Assembly: GCA_029241965.1 (NCBI GenBank) | Contig: JAPWVK010000159.1 | Coordinates: forward strand, 1-34,086 | Origin: Candidatus Methanophagales archaeon | GTDB taxonomy: Archaea; Halobacteriota; Syntropharchaeia; Alkanophagales; Methanospirareceae | DNA length: 34,086 nucleotides | Reading direction: 5' to 3' | Shown: one piece after another, positions 11,326 through 19,760 of the stretch | How positions within the stretch are numbered: position 1 is the first letter of the stretch | Layout of the letters: each line of letters starts with the position of its first letter | Notes under the pieces: model-generated | Database searches by the model: none | The model's input: only the letters and a program-made list of their open reading frames with translations | What the model was told of the DNA's origin: nothing | Position numbers and translations under genes: made by a program

Positions 11326-12240
11326 TTATAACATGCCATTCAACCTTTGTATCTCTTCGCATATCCTCAGATTGTTCAGCGCCTGCACAGGTGTAATCGG
11401 GAAAACCTTGCCTTTCTGCACACACGCAATAAACGTCTTCAATTCCTCCTTTAACGGCTCTACCTTATTAACCAGCACCTTCTCTATGATATTCTCCTGT
11501 GTATACCGCTCTGCTTCTATATCATATCGCTCTGGCTTTCTATACACGTAAATCTCCTGGTTCATAAAATCACCCTCAATGGTGAACTCCTCTTCCTCTA
11601 TATAAACCGCCCTGATCTTCTTTGACGCCTTTCTACTTGCGGACAACGCCACAACAGAAGAGCCAAATTTTAGTATTACTTTGCTCAGGTCTTCATTGCC
11701 CGCGCTGTATAGTTCATAAGCGCCGCTAAACAAGACGTTGAATACAATGTCTATGTCGTGAATCATCAAATCTTCGACGACCGTGCTGTCCGTAATCCGT
11801 GCAGATGCCGGATTGTGCCTTCGTATCGCAACATAAAGCGGGTTCTTTACTATCTTCGCTATTTCACCTACTATTGGATTAAACCGCTCGATGTGCCCAA
11901 CGCCGACAATTACCGCCTTAGCTTCTATTAAATTCAGTAATTCCTCGCCCTCTTTTGTGGTTGATGTGATTGGCTTCTCTATAATGCAATGAACGCCGTT
12001 TTCAACGGCAGTCTTAGCAATATCAAGATGATATTTCGTCGGAGCACAAATGCTAACTACATCTACACGCTCCAGAAGCTCTTCCATAGAATCAGAGACG
12101 ATAGCACCATACTCCTTCACACTTTTTACATTCACCTTATCAACATCAAATGCGTAAACCTCGTCAACATCCTTGAGTTCTGAATAGATTCTCACATGGT
12201 TCTTCCCCATTGTTCCCGTGCCTATAACACCCGCTTTCAT
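11326..12240 (-). CDS. Gfo/Idh/MocA-family NAD(P)-dependent oxidoreductase (sugar dehydrogenase-like)
   Basis: N-terminal Rossmann motif MKAGVIGTGTMGKNHVRIY, family-typical EKP motif (CIIEKPI); 304 aa. Confidence 0.65.
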   Translation of the reverse strand: MKAGVIGTGTMGKNHVRIYSELKDVDEVYAFDVDKVNVKSVKEYGAIVSDSMEELLERVDVVSICAPTKYHLDIAKTAVENGVHCIIEKPITSTTKEGEELLNLIEAKAVIVGVGHIERFNPIVGEIAKIVKNPLYVAIRRHNPASARITDSTVVEDLMIHDIDIVFNVLFSGAYELYSAGNEDLSKVILKFGSSVVALSASRKASKKIRAVYIEEEEFTIEGDFMNQEIYVYRKPERYDIEAERYTQENIIEKVLVNKVEPLKEELKTFIACVQKGKVFPITPVQALNNLRICEEIQRLNGML

Positions 12241-12290
12241 TTTTACTGCCTCAAAAGGAATAAAGTTTTTGAGTACATATTAAATTAACC

Positions 12291-12449
12291 GTGTTTGTAA
12301 AGTCGGGGTAAAAAACCACGAGATTTCACGAGAACCCCACAAGATTTTTGGATTAACCGGGGATGAAAGAGCCATTAAAGTACTTAAGCCGGAACCATTT
12401 TATCGTTTTTCTTGTGTGAATCTGCGTAATCTTGTGGTTAACTAAACAA
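12291..12449 (+). repeat. Interspersed intergenic repeat, copy B
   Basis: aaaaaccacgagatttcacgag ... cttgtggttaactaaacaa, same arms as copy A. Confidence 0.45.
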
Positions 12450-12490
12450 ATGCAATTAAACCACTCCACAAACCTACACAAAAAGTTGCC

Positions 12491-13903
12491 TTAAAGTATC
12501 GCTGTTTTCATCAGTCCCCGTATATACAACCGAGCCCATGAGTATGCTACTGTCACACCAATAATGTTTGCTACAACCAGGCCCCACCAGATGCCCACTA
12601 AGCCCAATCCAAGGTTGAACGCGAATACGGCTGCAAATAACGGAGTTAGAATGACTGTTCGTAAAACGGTGACAAGCAGTGCGGGAATCGCTCTGCCCGT
12701 TCCTTGAAAGACAGAAGAAGAGAGCATACCAAATGATATTGCAGGGTAGAATAGAGCGATTATCCGGAGAAAAATTGTCAAATCCGATGTTATATGTGCT
12801 GCACCCTCTGCTTGTGTAAATACCGCGGCGATCTGCGGTGCGAAAATGAAGGTTGCCGCTGCTATCGCTATCTCTATCATGATACCAATCTTTATTGCAT
12901 AGAGGTGCGCGATACTTATTTTCAAAAAGGCGCGTGCGCCAAAAGCAGCTCCGGTTACCGTAACAACGGCAGTAGCGATACCCATTGACGGCAGGACCGC
13001 TATACTTGCTACCCGCCAGCCGGTAGAATAGATTGCCACTCCATCGGTGCCGCCCACCATTACTATTAGGACGTTCAGGATAAGCATAGTGAACGACATA
13101 GAGAGCTGCATCACTGCAGATGGCAGACCAACTCTAAAAATATCCTTAACAATGCTTTTATCGTATTTGAAGTCGCGGAATGTGAATAATACATAGGTGT
13201 CCTTTTTGAATAGGAACCAGTTTAACATGATGATGGATGTAACGCCCAGCGATATGAGTGTAGCCCAGGCTGCACCGGCAATACCCAAACCAAGCGTGTA
13301 GATAAAAATAGGGTCTAATACGATATTCAGACCGGCACCCAATGCCATTGCATACATGGCTCGTTTGGCGTCGCCTTCACCCCGCAGTATTGCATTCGCT
13401 ACGCTAGTGAAAAATATGAAAATACTGCCGGCAAAGATAACCCTACCGTAGGCTACTGCCATAGCTAAGGTTCCACCCGCACCTATCAGAGCGAATATCT
13501 CCGCTGCAAAGGCGAAAAGCGGTATGGTGAAAGCAACTGCGACTATCACCGTTATAATGAGTGTATGAACTGCTACGTTATCTGCACCTACCTTATCCCG
13601 CGCACCGATCCTACGGGATATAGCCGACCCTGCTCCTACGCCCAATCCGTTGGACAGAGCCATAGCCATAAAGAAAAATGGGAAGACGAAACCAATGGCA
13701 GCGAGTGCGTCTGCACCGAGACCCGACACCCAAACGGCATCAACAAGATTATAGATGGTCTGCATGGACATAGCCGCAATCATAGGCAATGCAAGTTTGA
13801 TAATGCCTTTTTTCGGGTCGCCAAGTAAAGTCTCTACGCCTTTCGTTCTCTTGTTCTGTGATGACTCCGCAGAAATGTCTTTTCCTGATAATTTAGTATT
13901 CAT
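12491..13903 (-). CDS. MATE-family (MOP superfamily) transporter, possible glycan/drug exporter
   Basis: 12 predicted TM, N-terminal pattern IIKLALPMIAAMSMQTIYNLVDAVWVSGLGADALAAIG typical of MATE/NorM; 470 aa. Confidence 0.65.
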   Translation of the reverse strand: MNTKLSGKDISAESSQNKRTKGVETLLGDPKKGIIKLALPMIAAMSMQTIYNLVDAVWVSGLGADALAAIGFVFPFFFMAMALSNGLGVGAGSAISRRIGARDKVGADNVAVHTLIITVIVAVAFTIPLFAFAAEIFALIGAGGTLAMAVAYGRVIFAGSIFIFFTSVANAILRGEGDAKRAMYAMALGAGLNIVLDPIFIYTLGLGIAGAAWATLISLGVTSIIMLNWFLFKKDTYVLFTFRDFKYDKSIVKDIFRVGLPSAVMQLSMSFTMLILNVLIVMVGGTDGVAIYSTGWRVASIAVLPSMGIATAVVTVTGAAFGARAFLKISIAHLYAIKIGIMIEIAIAAATFIFAPQIAAVFTQAEGAAHITSDLTIFLRIIALFYPAISFGMLSSSVFQGTGRAIPALLVTVLRTVILTPLFAAVFAFNLGLGLVGIWWGLVVANIIGVTVAYSWARLYIRGLMKTAIL

Positions 13904-13970
13904 GTGCAGCCTCTGTATTTAATTAATACACAAGCCCTGTTTAAGCACCACAAAAAAAATCAAGTCGTAA

Positions 13971-14120
13971 TTGTTTGACTAACCACAGATTACACAGATT
14001 TCCACGAGAAAATATAACGCTGTAAGGTATAAGATGCAAATCTAACCGATATCCTGCGTCCCGTACAATCTTCTTGTGCTAATCTCGTGGAATCTCGTGG
14101 TTTTAAAAATTCGCTATACA
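13971..14120 (-). repeat. Interspersed intergenic repeat, copy C (inverted orientation)
   Basis: Reverse complement matches copy A arms: ttctcgtggaaatctgtgtaatctgtggttagtcaaaca and tggaatctcgtggttttaaaaattcgctataca. Confidence 0.5.
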
Positions 14121-14125
14121 AATAC

Positions 14126-14172
14126 GTTTTTCTTTTAGCACATGTTTTCTTTTTTCTAAAAAGAAAAAGTGT
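14126..14172 (+). promoter_or_regulatory. Second copy of the palindromic TATA-like promoter motif
   Basis: tttcttttagcacatgttttcttttttctaaaaagaaaaagtg, near-identical to 7640-7683; lies directly upstream of the tandem structured-RNA region. Confidence 0.3.
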
Positions 14173-14239
14173 TGTGTTAAGTATTGTGTAATATCGTGGT
14201 CTGTCGACATGGAAGCTGCATCGCAGATTGCCCGTGCGG

Positions 14240-14533
14240 CTACCCCCGCCATTCGGGGTAATCCTACTGCGGAACACGTCGGGGGTAACGCTTGCGTGGT
14301 AAGCTCGCAGGACAACGTGGAAAATCAGAAAGTCCGATTTGGATCAACTGCCAGGATAAGAACGCTATTTGTTGACAAGAAGTTGCATCACCGATTGCCT
14401 AACCGGGTACCCCCGCCATTCGGGGTAATCCTACCGCGGAATGCGCGGATGGGAACGTCCACGTAGTAAGCCCGCGGAACAACGTGTAAAATCTGAAAGT
14501 CCGGTTTAGATCAACTGCAAGGATAAAAACACC
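14240..14533 (+). ncRNA. Tandem pair of homologous structured RNA elements (copy 1 ~14240-14405, copy 2 ~14406-14533), candidate cis-regulatory leader or small RNAs; family not identified
   Basis: Two ~130-165-nt copies share CCCC-GCCATTC-GGGG hairpin, a long-range helix with compensatory changes (CTGCG...CGCAG vs CCGCG...CGCGG), inner hairpin ACGC..GCGT vs ACGT..ACGT, conserved GAAAGTCCG loop region. Confidence 0.35.
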
Positions 14534-14923
14534 ATGAAGAGCGTAAAGCGAACCATTGTAAGAGTCGTCACGTATAATAAGCGAAAACGGACTGTTACGC
14601 TTGGACCAAAAGGTACGGAATTTGGCCATAATGGCTACCATAACGTTATGGTGGGTGGACATACGATTCCCGGCTTACAGGCGGCTTCTAAGGTGTTCAT
14701 AAATATCTGTGATGTAGAACGTGGTAAGCCCTATATGCTCCCGGAATCACAGGGTAGGGACCTCGTAAGGGTAAACGATGGCTTAGAGGGTAGAGGATTT
14801 GGTAAAAAGCGAATGGCATCTTGTAATGAAAGGTATAGGGGTTCGAAATTTGCCCTAACCCGAAAGGGTGCTGACTTACCAAATTGGTGTTCCATTGTAT
14901 GCTTGGAGGCAGAATGTAAGTAG
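14534..14923 (+). CDS. Hypothetical small basic protein (129 aa)
   Basis: ATG immediately after the second RNA copy; K/R-rich N-terminus, several Cys; no recognisable family. Confidence 0.35.
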   Translation: MKSVKRTIVRVVTYNKRKRTVTLGPKGTEFGHNGYHNVMVGGHTIPGLQAASKVFINICDVERGKPYMLPESQGRDLVRVNDGLEGRGFGKKRMASCNERYRGSKFALTRKGADLPNWCSIVCLEAECK

Positions 14924-15171
14924 TTCAATTACGCCTGTAATAGGCGAGCGACTTACAGACATTCAACCAAAACGCCGATATCATATGGAAAGAGGTTGAA
15001 GAACTTGTTAACAGGTTGCAAACCTGAATTACAAAAGCAGTTAACTGCTGCCCGATACAGAAAGGGTTATGAAATGCTTGAGCGGTATGAAGGGAAACTT
15101 TCACGTACCGTTCTGAGACGAGGAGGGGCGAGCAATCGCCCCATCCTTAGTCTGCTAGCTAAACAAATAAT

Positions 15172-16419
15172 TCAAAATGACTTCGTCAATTCCTCTACTA
15201 TCGCGTTGGCTATCAACTTCTTCGCGCCTTTCACATGCTTTATATCCACCGCACCTGCGCTTAAAATGAACACATCGTTATCTTCGGTTCCTATTCCACC
15301 CTTGCCAACGTCATTTGCAACTACCATCGCAAGGTTGTAGCTCTCCATCTTTTCCCGCGCTCTTTCTATCAGTTCATCATCAGAAACGTGCGTCTCCGCT
15401 TTGAATCCCACGATAACGAGTTTCGGGAATTCTTTACGTACTTCTTCTATCAGTTTCGGAGTGGGGACAAGAGTCAGATGGAGCTCGCCTCCTGATGGGA
15501 TTTTCGTATCTACCGAATTACCGGTAAAATCGGCGATCGCCGCTGAGGATATAAGCGCATCGTATTCTTTACCGTTCTTTTTACCCTCACGTAGTTCATT
15601 AACGCAAGCATCAATCATTTCTTGCGCTGTTTCCACCCGGATTTCTTTTATCCCTGTTAAATCCAGTGCTCTGCTGTGTACGAGTGTGACTTCGGCTCCC
15701 TGCGTGTATGCCGCCCTTGCGAGTTCTACACCTGTTCGTCCAGAGCTTCGGTTTGTTAAAATCCTTATCGGATCTATCGGCTCAATGGTCGCACCTCCTG
15801 TAATGATGATGCGTCTTCCCAGAAGATTCTTTGGCGAGAGTACACGCTCAATGGTAAGAACCATATTCTCGATTGATACGATCTTAGCAAGCCCTTCCTC
15901 TATTTTCGGCCCTATGACGGTTACACCGAGCCTTTTCAGCTTATTGAGGTTCTCTATCAGAACAGGACTCTTATATATAGTCTCGTGCATCGCCGGCACC
16001 ACAATAATTGGTATTTCAGAGCCGAAGGCAGTGGTTGCAAATGCAGTCACCGTGGTGTCCGACACGCCCGTAGCGATTTTATTTAACGTGTTTGCAGTGC
16101 ATGGTGCGACGATAAACAGGTCTGCGAAACCTTCCATACCCAAGAACTCTACATGCTCTATATTACCCATTAGTTTCGTTATCACTTCGTGACCCGTGGC
16201 GTAATGAAGCGTATAAGGGTGAATTATTTCGGTTGCCGCTTCACTCATCACGCCGTACACATCTGCACCATGCCGTACTAGTTCGCGTGCGAGTTCAACA
16301 GTTCTTACTGCTGCGATAGAGCCCGTAACACCCAGAACTATCTTCTTATCTAACAGAGACTGGCTTTTTGTTCCTTTGATGCGCAGGGTCGGATGCGGCC
16401 CCCTATCTCTTTTTGTCAT
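15172..16419 (-). CDS. coaBC: Bifunctional phosphopantothenoylcysteine decarboxylase / phosphopantothenate-cysteine ligase CoaBC
   Basis: N-terminal flavoprotein motif KKIVLGVTGSIAAVRTVELARELVRHGADVY and C-terminal CoaB motif RRIIITGGATIEPIDPIRILTNRSSGRTG; the six-frame ORF extends to 16479 but overlaps tRNA-Ala, so the start is placed at the internal Met (MTKRDRG...). Confidence 0.8.
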   Translation of the reverse strand: MTKRDRGPHPTLRIKGTKSQSLLDKKIVLGVTGSIAAVRTVELARELVRHGADVYGVMSEAATEIIHPYTLHYATGHEVITKLMGNIEHVEFLGMEGFADLFIVAPCTANTLNKIATGVSDTTVTAFATTAFGSEIPIIVVPAMHETIYKSPVLIENLNKLKRLGVTVIGPKIEEGLAKIVSIENMVLTIERVLSPKNLLGRRIIITGGATIEPIDPIRILTNRSSGRTGVELARAAYTQGAEVTLVHSRALDLTGIKEIRVETAQEMIDACVNELREGKKNGKEYDALISSAAIADFTGNSVDTKIPSGGELHLTLVPTPKLIEEVRKEFPKLVIVGFKAETHVSDDELIERAREKMESYNLAMVVANDVGKGGIGTEDNDVFILSAGAVDIKHVKGAKKLIANAIVEELTKSF

Positions 16420-16421
16420 AA

Positions 16422-16494
16422 TGGACTGGTCGGGATTTGAACCCGAGGCCTCTCGCACGCCAAGCGAGTGATCTTCCAACTGATCTACCAGCCC
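16422..16494 (-). tRNA. tRNA-Ala (anticodon GGC)
   Basis: GGGCTGG acceptor with G3:U70 Ala identity pair, D-arm GATC..GATC, anticodon loop TTGGCGT, 5-nt variable loop, T-arm CGGGTTCAAATCCCG, discriminator A. Confidence 0.85.
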
Positions 16495-16979
16495 TTACTA
16501 CTTCTTTCTTAATATACCATAATCTATTAATATAATATATAACACAAAACATTACATTTTTAGATATTCGGCAGATATAACAAGAAAGCATAATATCCAC
16601 CCAAAATTAAATATTGACACCGATTAACGCTGATTTACACAGAAGAAATTAAATCCTTGTGAATCTGCGTAAATAGGTAGAAGTTATACGTTATATATAA
16701 AAATAGAGGTGAAAAAAGCTAATGTCACAAGTAAAATTCTTGAAGAGTTCCAGAAAGTTACTGCTACAGAGCGCTTTGCTATCATTCAGGTTGCTTTACA
16801 TTTGATCCGTGAAGACCGTCAGCAAATATAACAACCACCAAATCGAGAAGAGAGAAAACGGCAAGTTACCGAAGCGGCTGAGGCTTTATTGCAGGATTAC
16901 AAGTCGGGCAGCAGTGAACTGACTATTTTCTCCGTTCTTAACTAAACCTTTATTCCCTTTATCACACCCAGAATCAAGC

Positions 16980-17783
16980 CTATTTCCTCTTTACGTAGTA
17001 ATAAAAACCTACAATGCCAATTATAACCAAAGCGACAATTAGAATGATTAAGAGTTTGTACGTTTGTTTTGGCGACACAGGCGCAGGAGTAATTGTTACC
17101 GTGGGTGCAGGTGTTGCAGTTATTGTTTGTTTAGTCAATGCAGGAGTTACTGCGGGCGCATCAGAACCAGGATAGGAATGTTGGTCATTCGGATCGGTTC
17201 CTACAAACGTCTCATCTATGTCGCGATAACCGTCTCCATCTGCGTCCGTTTCTCCGCCCGCGCCACTCCGATTATATGGTGGTGTGGTAGTCACTACGTA
17301 TAACAGCCCATTTCTTGCGGCTGACGTTCCGAAATTGCCCTCGGGATCCGACAATTCGATATCACTCAGCGTCATATGGCTATAATTTATCGAATCAGAT
17401 GTTCTTTCCACGCTAAAGTTGAGCAAAGCAATTGAACCACTTGACCCATTTGATATGGCATATGCAAAAGGACCAGCGAGTGAAACACGAGTCCCCCCCT
17501 CAAAATCGTTGTTAAACCCTAAAACATTCCATTCCAACGTTAGTTCCCCTCTTAAAACGTTTGTAACGTTTATGACTCGCTTGTCATAAGCTATATTAAA
17601 TACAATAGCTTGAACCGGCCCGTTTTTTACTGTTGTTATATTTACTGGCACGATTACATGTGTTCCCTGCACTCCACTTGCATCTACCAGACCAAAACCA
17701 TCGGCACTTGGCTGTGCAGATACGGGTATCAGTGCTATTACCAAACACATGCCTATTCCATACGCTAACGTTTTAATATTCAT
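16980..17783 (-). CDS. Secreted cohesin-domain protein with Ca-binding Asp-rich segment and C-terminal TM anchor plus basic tail
   Basis: Signal peptide (start placed at MNIKTLAYG); cohesin-like pattern GTHVIVPVNITTVKNGPVQAIVFNIAYDKRVINVTNVLRGEL; DADGDGYRDIDETFVGTDPND; Pro/Thr linker; C-terminal LLIILIVALVIIGIVGFYYYVKRK. Confidence 0.55.
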   Translation of the reverse strand: MNIKTLAYGIGMCLVIALIPVSAQPSADGFGLVDASGVQGTHVIVPVNITTVKNGPVQAIVFNIAYDKRVINVTNVLRGELTLEWNVLGFNNDFEGGTRVSLAGPFAYAISNGSSGSIALLNFSVERTSDSINYSHMTLSDIELSDPEGNFGTSAARNGLLYVVTTTPPYNRSGAGGETDADGDGYRDIDETFVGTDPNDQHSYPGSDAPAVTPALTKQTITATPAPTVTITPAPVSPKQTYKLLIILIVALVIIGIVGFYYYVKRK

Positions 17784-18200
17784 TTCTTTCTCCGTTATAC
17801 AACCCTTATTGCAGGAACCCAATCATCGTATATCTCCCCGTTTGCGTCCGTGAATTTGGTGCAGGTAATTTCTCCGCCTGTTACGTTTATTCTATGTTCG
17901 TGTACTATCTGCGGATATGATCCTGTTTTTATTGTATAGTTGTACTTTTTACCTTCTCTTAATTTAAATGTATTCGTGAAATTTATGTTTTGATACTCGT
18001 CATTGTAACCGTTCCATGAGGCACTTTCATTCACGCCATGCCCCTGAATCCAAACGTATTCGGTATGCCCGCCTGTGCCTTCACAGGAATACGTATAGAG
18101 TGTATGCACGGTAATATCAGCATTCGGCGTAATCGTTCCTATGTGTATGCCGGAGATGGAGGGATAGGTGCCTGGGCCCGTATGGAATATTGTTTTTTCG
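17762..18200. repeat. ~440-bp direct repeat (copy 1) ~93% identical to 18762-19198
   Basis: Near-identical nucleotide stretches offset by exactly 998 bp; they cover the shared C-terminal domain plus ~35 bp beyond the stop, including the MNIKTLAYG start of the next gene. Confidence 0.8.
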
Positions 18201-18661
18201 AGCACATTTACTGAGATCGGAATCCTAAGGCCAGAATATTCATTTCCACCAATATTTGTATCCTGAAATTGAATATACATCCTTCTCTCATCGGAATGCC
18301 CTACTTCGCATGCGCTTCCCGACGTTGCGCCATATAATCCTGGTTCGGCATTCTTTGGTATCTTGATTGTAACAGTAAAAGTTTTTATTTCTCCACTCTT
18401 GATCGTGTACTTCTCTGGTTCGACTCTGATCCATGATGTAATGTTAATCAATTCTTCATCATCTTTCTCTACATGCTCGTAATATACGGACCAATATCCA
18501 GTTCTCTCAGTAGGTATTGTCCCCACTAGTGTGATATTTTGATTTAATGTATCACCCGGACAGCCTTCCCAGTTGCACATAGAGCGGCAATCAACCGATG
18601 TCGCGGATGCCGCCGGAACGCACAACAGTGCAATCAACATTATCAGTATTATTTTCTTCAT
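17795..18661 (-). CDS. Secreted two-domain surface protein (N-terminal domain paralogous to 30464-31066 and 31063-31722 genes; C-terminal ~125-aa domain shared with 18800-19729 gene)
   Basis: Signal peptide MKKIILIMLIALLCVPAASA; N-domain ITSWIRVEPEKYTIKSGEIKTFTVTIKIPKNAEPGLYGATSG; C-domain GTYPSISGIHIGTITPNADITVHTLYTYSCEGTGGHTEYVWIQGHG... Confidence 0.55.
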   Translation of the reverse strand: MKKIILIMLIALLCVPAASATSVDCRSMCNWEGCPGDTLNQNITLVGTIPTERTGYWSVYYEHVEKDDEELINITSWIRVEPEKYTIKSGEIKTFTVTIKIPKNAEPGLYGATSGSACEVGHSDERRMYIQFQDTNIGGNEYSGLRIPISVNVLEKTIFHTGPGTYPSISGIHIGTITPNADITVHTLYTYSCEGTGGHTEYVWIQGHGVNESASWNGYNDEYQNINFTNTFKLREGKKYNYTIKTGSYPQIVHEHRINVTGGEITCTKFTDANGEIYDDWVPAIRVV

Positions 18662-18761
18662 AATTACCTGTACTATTTTCGTATTAAAAGTACTTTATTA
18701 ATTTCATGCTCTTTGGTGTTTCCTTTGGCGCTATTACCAAACACAGCGCACTAATGCTTAA

Positions 18762-19198
18762 TCCATACGCTAACGTTTTAATATTCATTTCTTTCTCCGT
18801 TATACAAACCTTATTGCAGGAACCCAATCATCGTATATCTCCCCGTTTGCGTCCGTGAATTTGGTGCAGGTGATTTCTCCGCCTGTTACGTTTTTGCTAT
18901 GTTCGTGTACTATCTGCGGATATGATCCTGTTTTTATTGTATAGTTGTACTTTTTACCTTCTACTAATATAAATGTATTCTCGAATTCTATGTTTTGATA
19001 ATCGTCATTGTAACCGTCCCATGAGGCACTTTCATTCACGCCATGCCCCTGAATCCAGACGTATTTGGTATGCCCGCCTGTGCCTTCACAGGAATACGTA
19101 TAGAGTGTATGCACGGTAATATCAGCATTCGGCGTAATCGTTCCAATGTGTATGCCGGAGATAGAGGGATAGGAGCCCTGACCCGTATCGAATAAAGT
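18762..19198. repeat. ~440-bp direct repeat (copy 2)
   Basis: See copy 1; downstream of this copy (18690-18790, minus strand) lies an orphan 5' fragment MNIKTLAYGLSISALCLVIAPKETPKSMKLIKY of the cohesin gene. Confidence 0.8.
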
Positions 19199-19729
19199 TC
19201 CGGTAGTATAAAACGTCCCGTTCTTCACTGGTGCTGGTCCTTCGTTACCAGACGGATCCGACAATTGAATATCACTCAGGTTCATGTCAGTTTTATATGG
19301 TGCACCGCCTATGACGCGGAAGTTAAGAAGGACGACAGAACCACTTGAGCCATTCAGTATGGCATGAGCGGATGGTCCTGAGAGTAAAACACGGGTACCC
19401 CATGCAAAGTTGTTGTTAAAGCCTAAATTGCCCCAATTAGACGTTAGAGTACCTCTTGAAACGCCTGTAACGTTTATAACCGTCTTGTCATACGCTATGT
19501 TGAATACAATGCCTAAAATCGGACCGCTGCTTGTATTTGTAATGTTTACCGGCACGGTTACATAAGTCCCTATAAGCCCATTGGCATCGTCAACACCGAA
19601 ATTATCTGCGGTGGGCGCCGCCAGAGCCGTTAACTCAAATATAGCAAATACCGTTAACAACCCGAATATAGCTAAACCCCCTCTCAGTCCTATTAAGCCT
19701 CTTCGTTTCCTCGATGCGGTTTTTTTCAT
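18800..19729 (-). CDS. Secreted cohesin-domain protein with shared C-terminal domain
   Basis: Signal peptide; cohesin-like GTYVTVPVNITNTSSGPILGIVFNIAYDKTVINVTGVSRGTL; C-terminal domain near-identical to that of 17795-18661. Confidence 0.55.
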   Translation of the reverse strand: MKKTASRKRRGLIGLRGGLAIFGLLTVFAIFELTALAAPTADNFGVDDANGLIGTYVTVPVNITNTSSGPILGIVFNIAYDKTVINVTGVSRGTLTSNWGNLGFNNNFAWGTRVLLSGPSAHAILNGSSGSVVLLNFRVIGGAPYKTDMNLSDIQLSDPSGNEGPAPVKNGTFYTTGTLFDTGQGSYPSISGIHIGTITPNADITVHTLYTYSCEGTGGHTKYVWIQGHGVNESASWDGYNDDYQNIEFENTFILVEGKKYNYTIKTGSYPQIVHEHSKNVTGGEITCTKFTDANGEIYDDWVPAIRFV

Positions 19730-19760
19730 TGTAGTATAATATTTCTTTGGTAAAGCTTTT

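Noticed and set aside
14300-14520. GAAAGTCCGG segment resembling the RNase P RNA CR-I/P4 motif
   Set aside because: The region is a tandem duplicate of two short units rather than a single ~300-nt RNA, and the other RNase P conserved regions and P4 pairing partner are not evident.
13990-14662. Several 70-95-aa ORFs on both strands (13990-14277, 14103-14315, 14209-14466, 14399-14662)
   Set aside because: They overlap the interspersed repeat, the promoter motif and the tandem structured-RNA copies, and conflict with each other. The peptide similarity between 13990-14277 and 33774-33998 products (KPRDSTRLAQ, FSWKS) is just translation of the DNA repeat.
15118-15148. GGGGCG-agcaat-CGCCCC hairpin as a terminator
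   Set aside because: Not followed by a T-run on either strand; it could still be a structural element of the short ORF 14996-15180 region, but there is insufficient support.
15401-16192. 263-aa plus-strand ORF
   Set aside because: Entirely antisense to coaBC, S/I/V-rich junk translation; shadow ORF.
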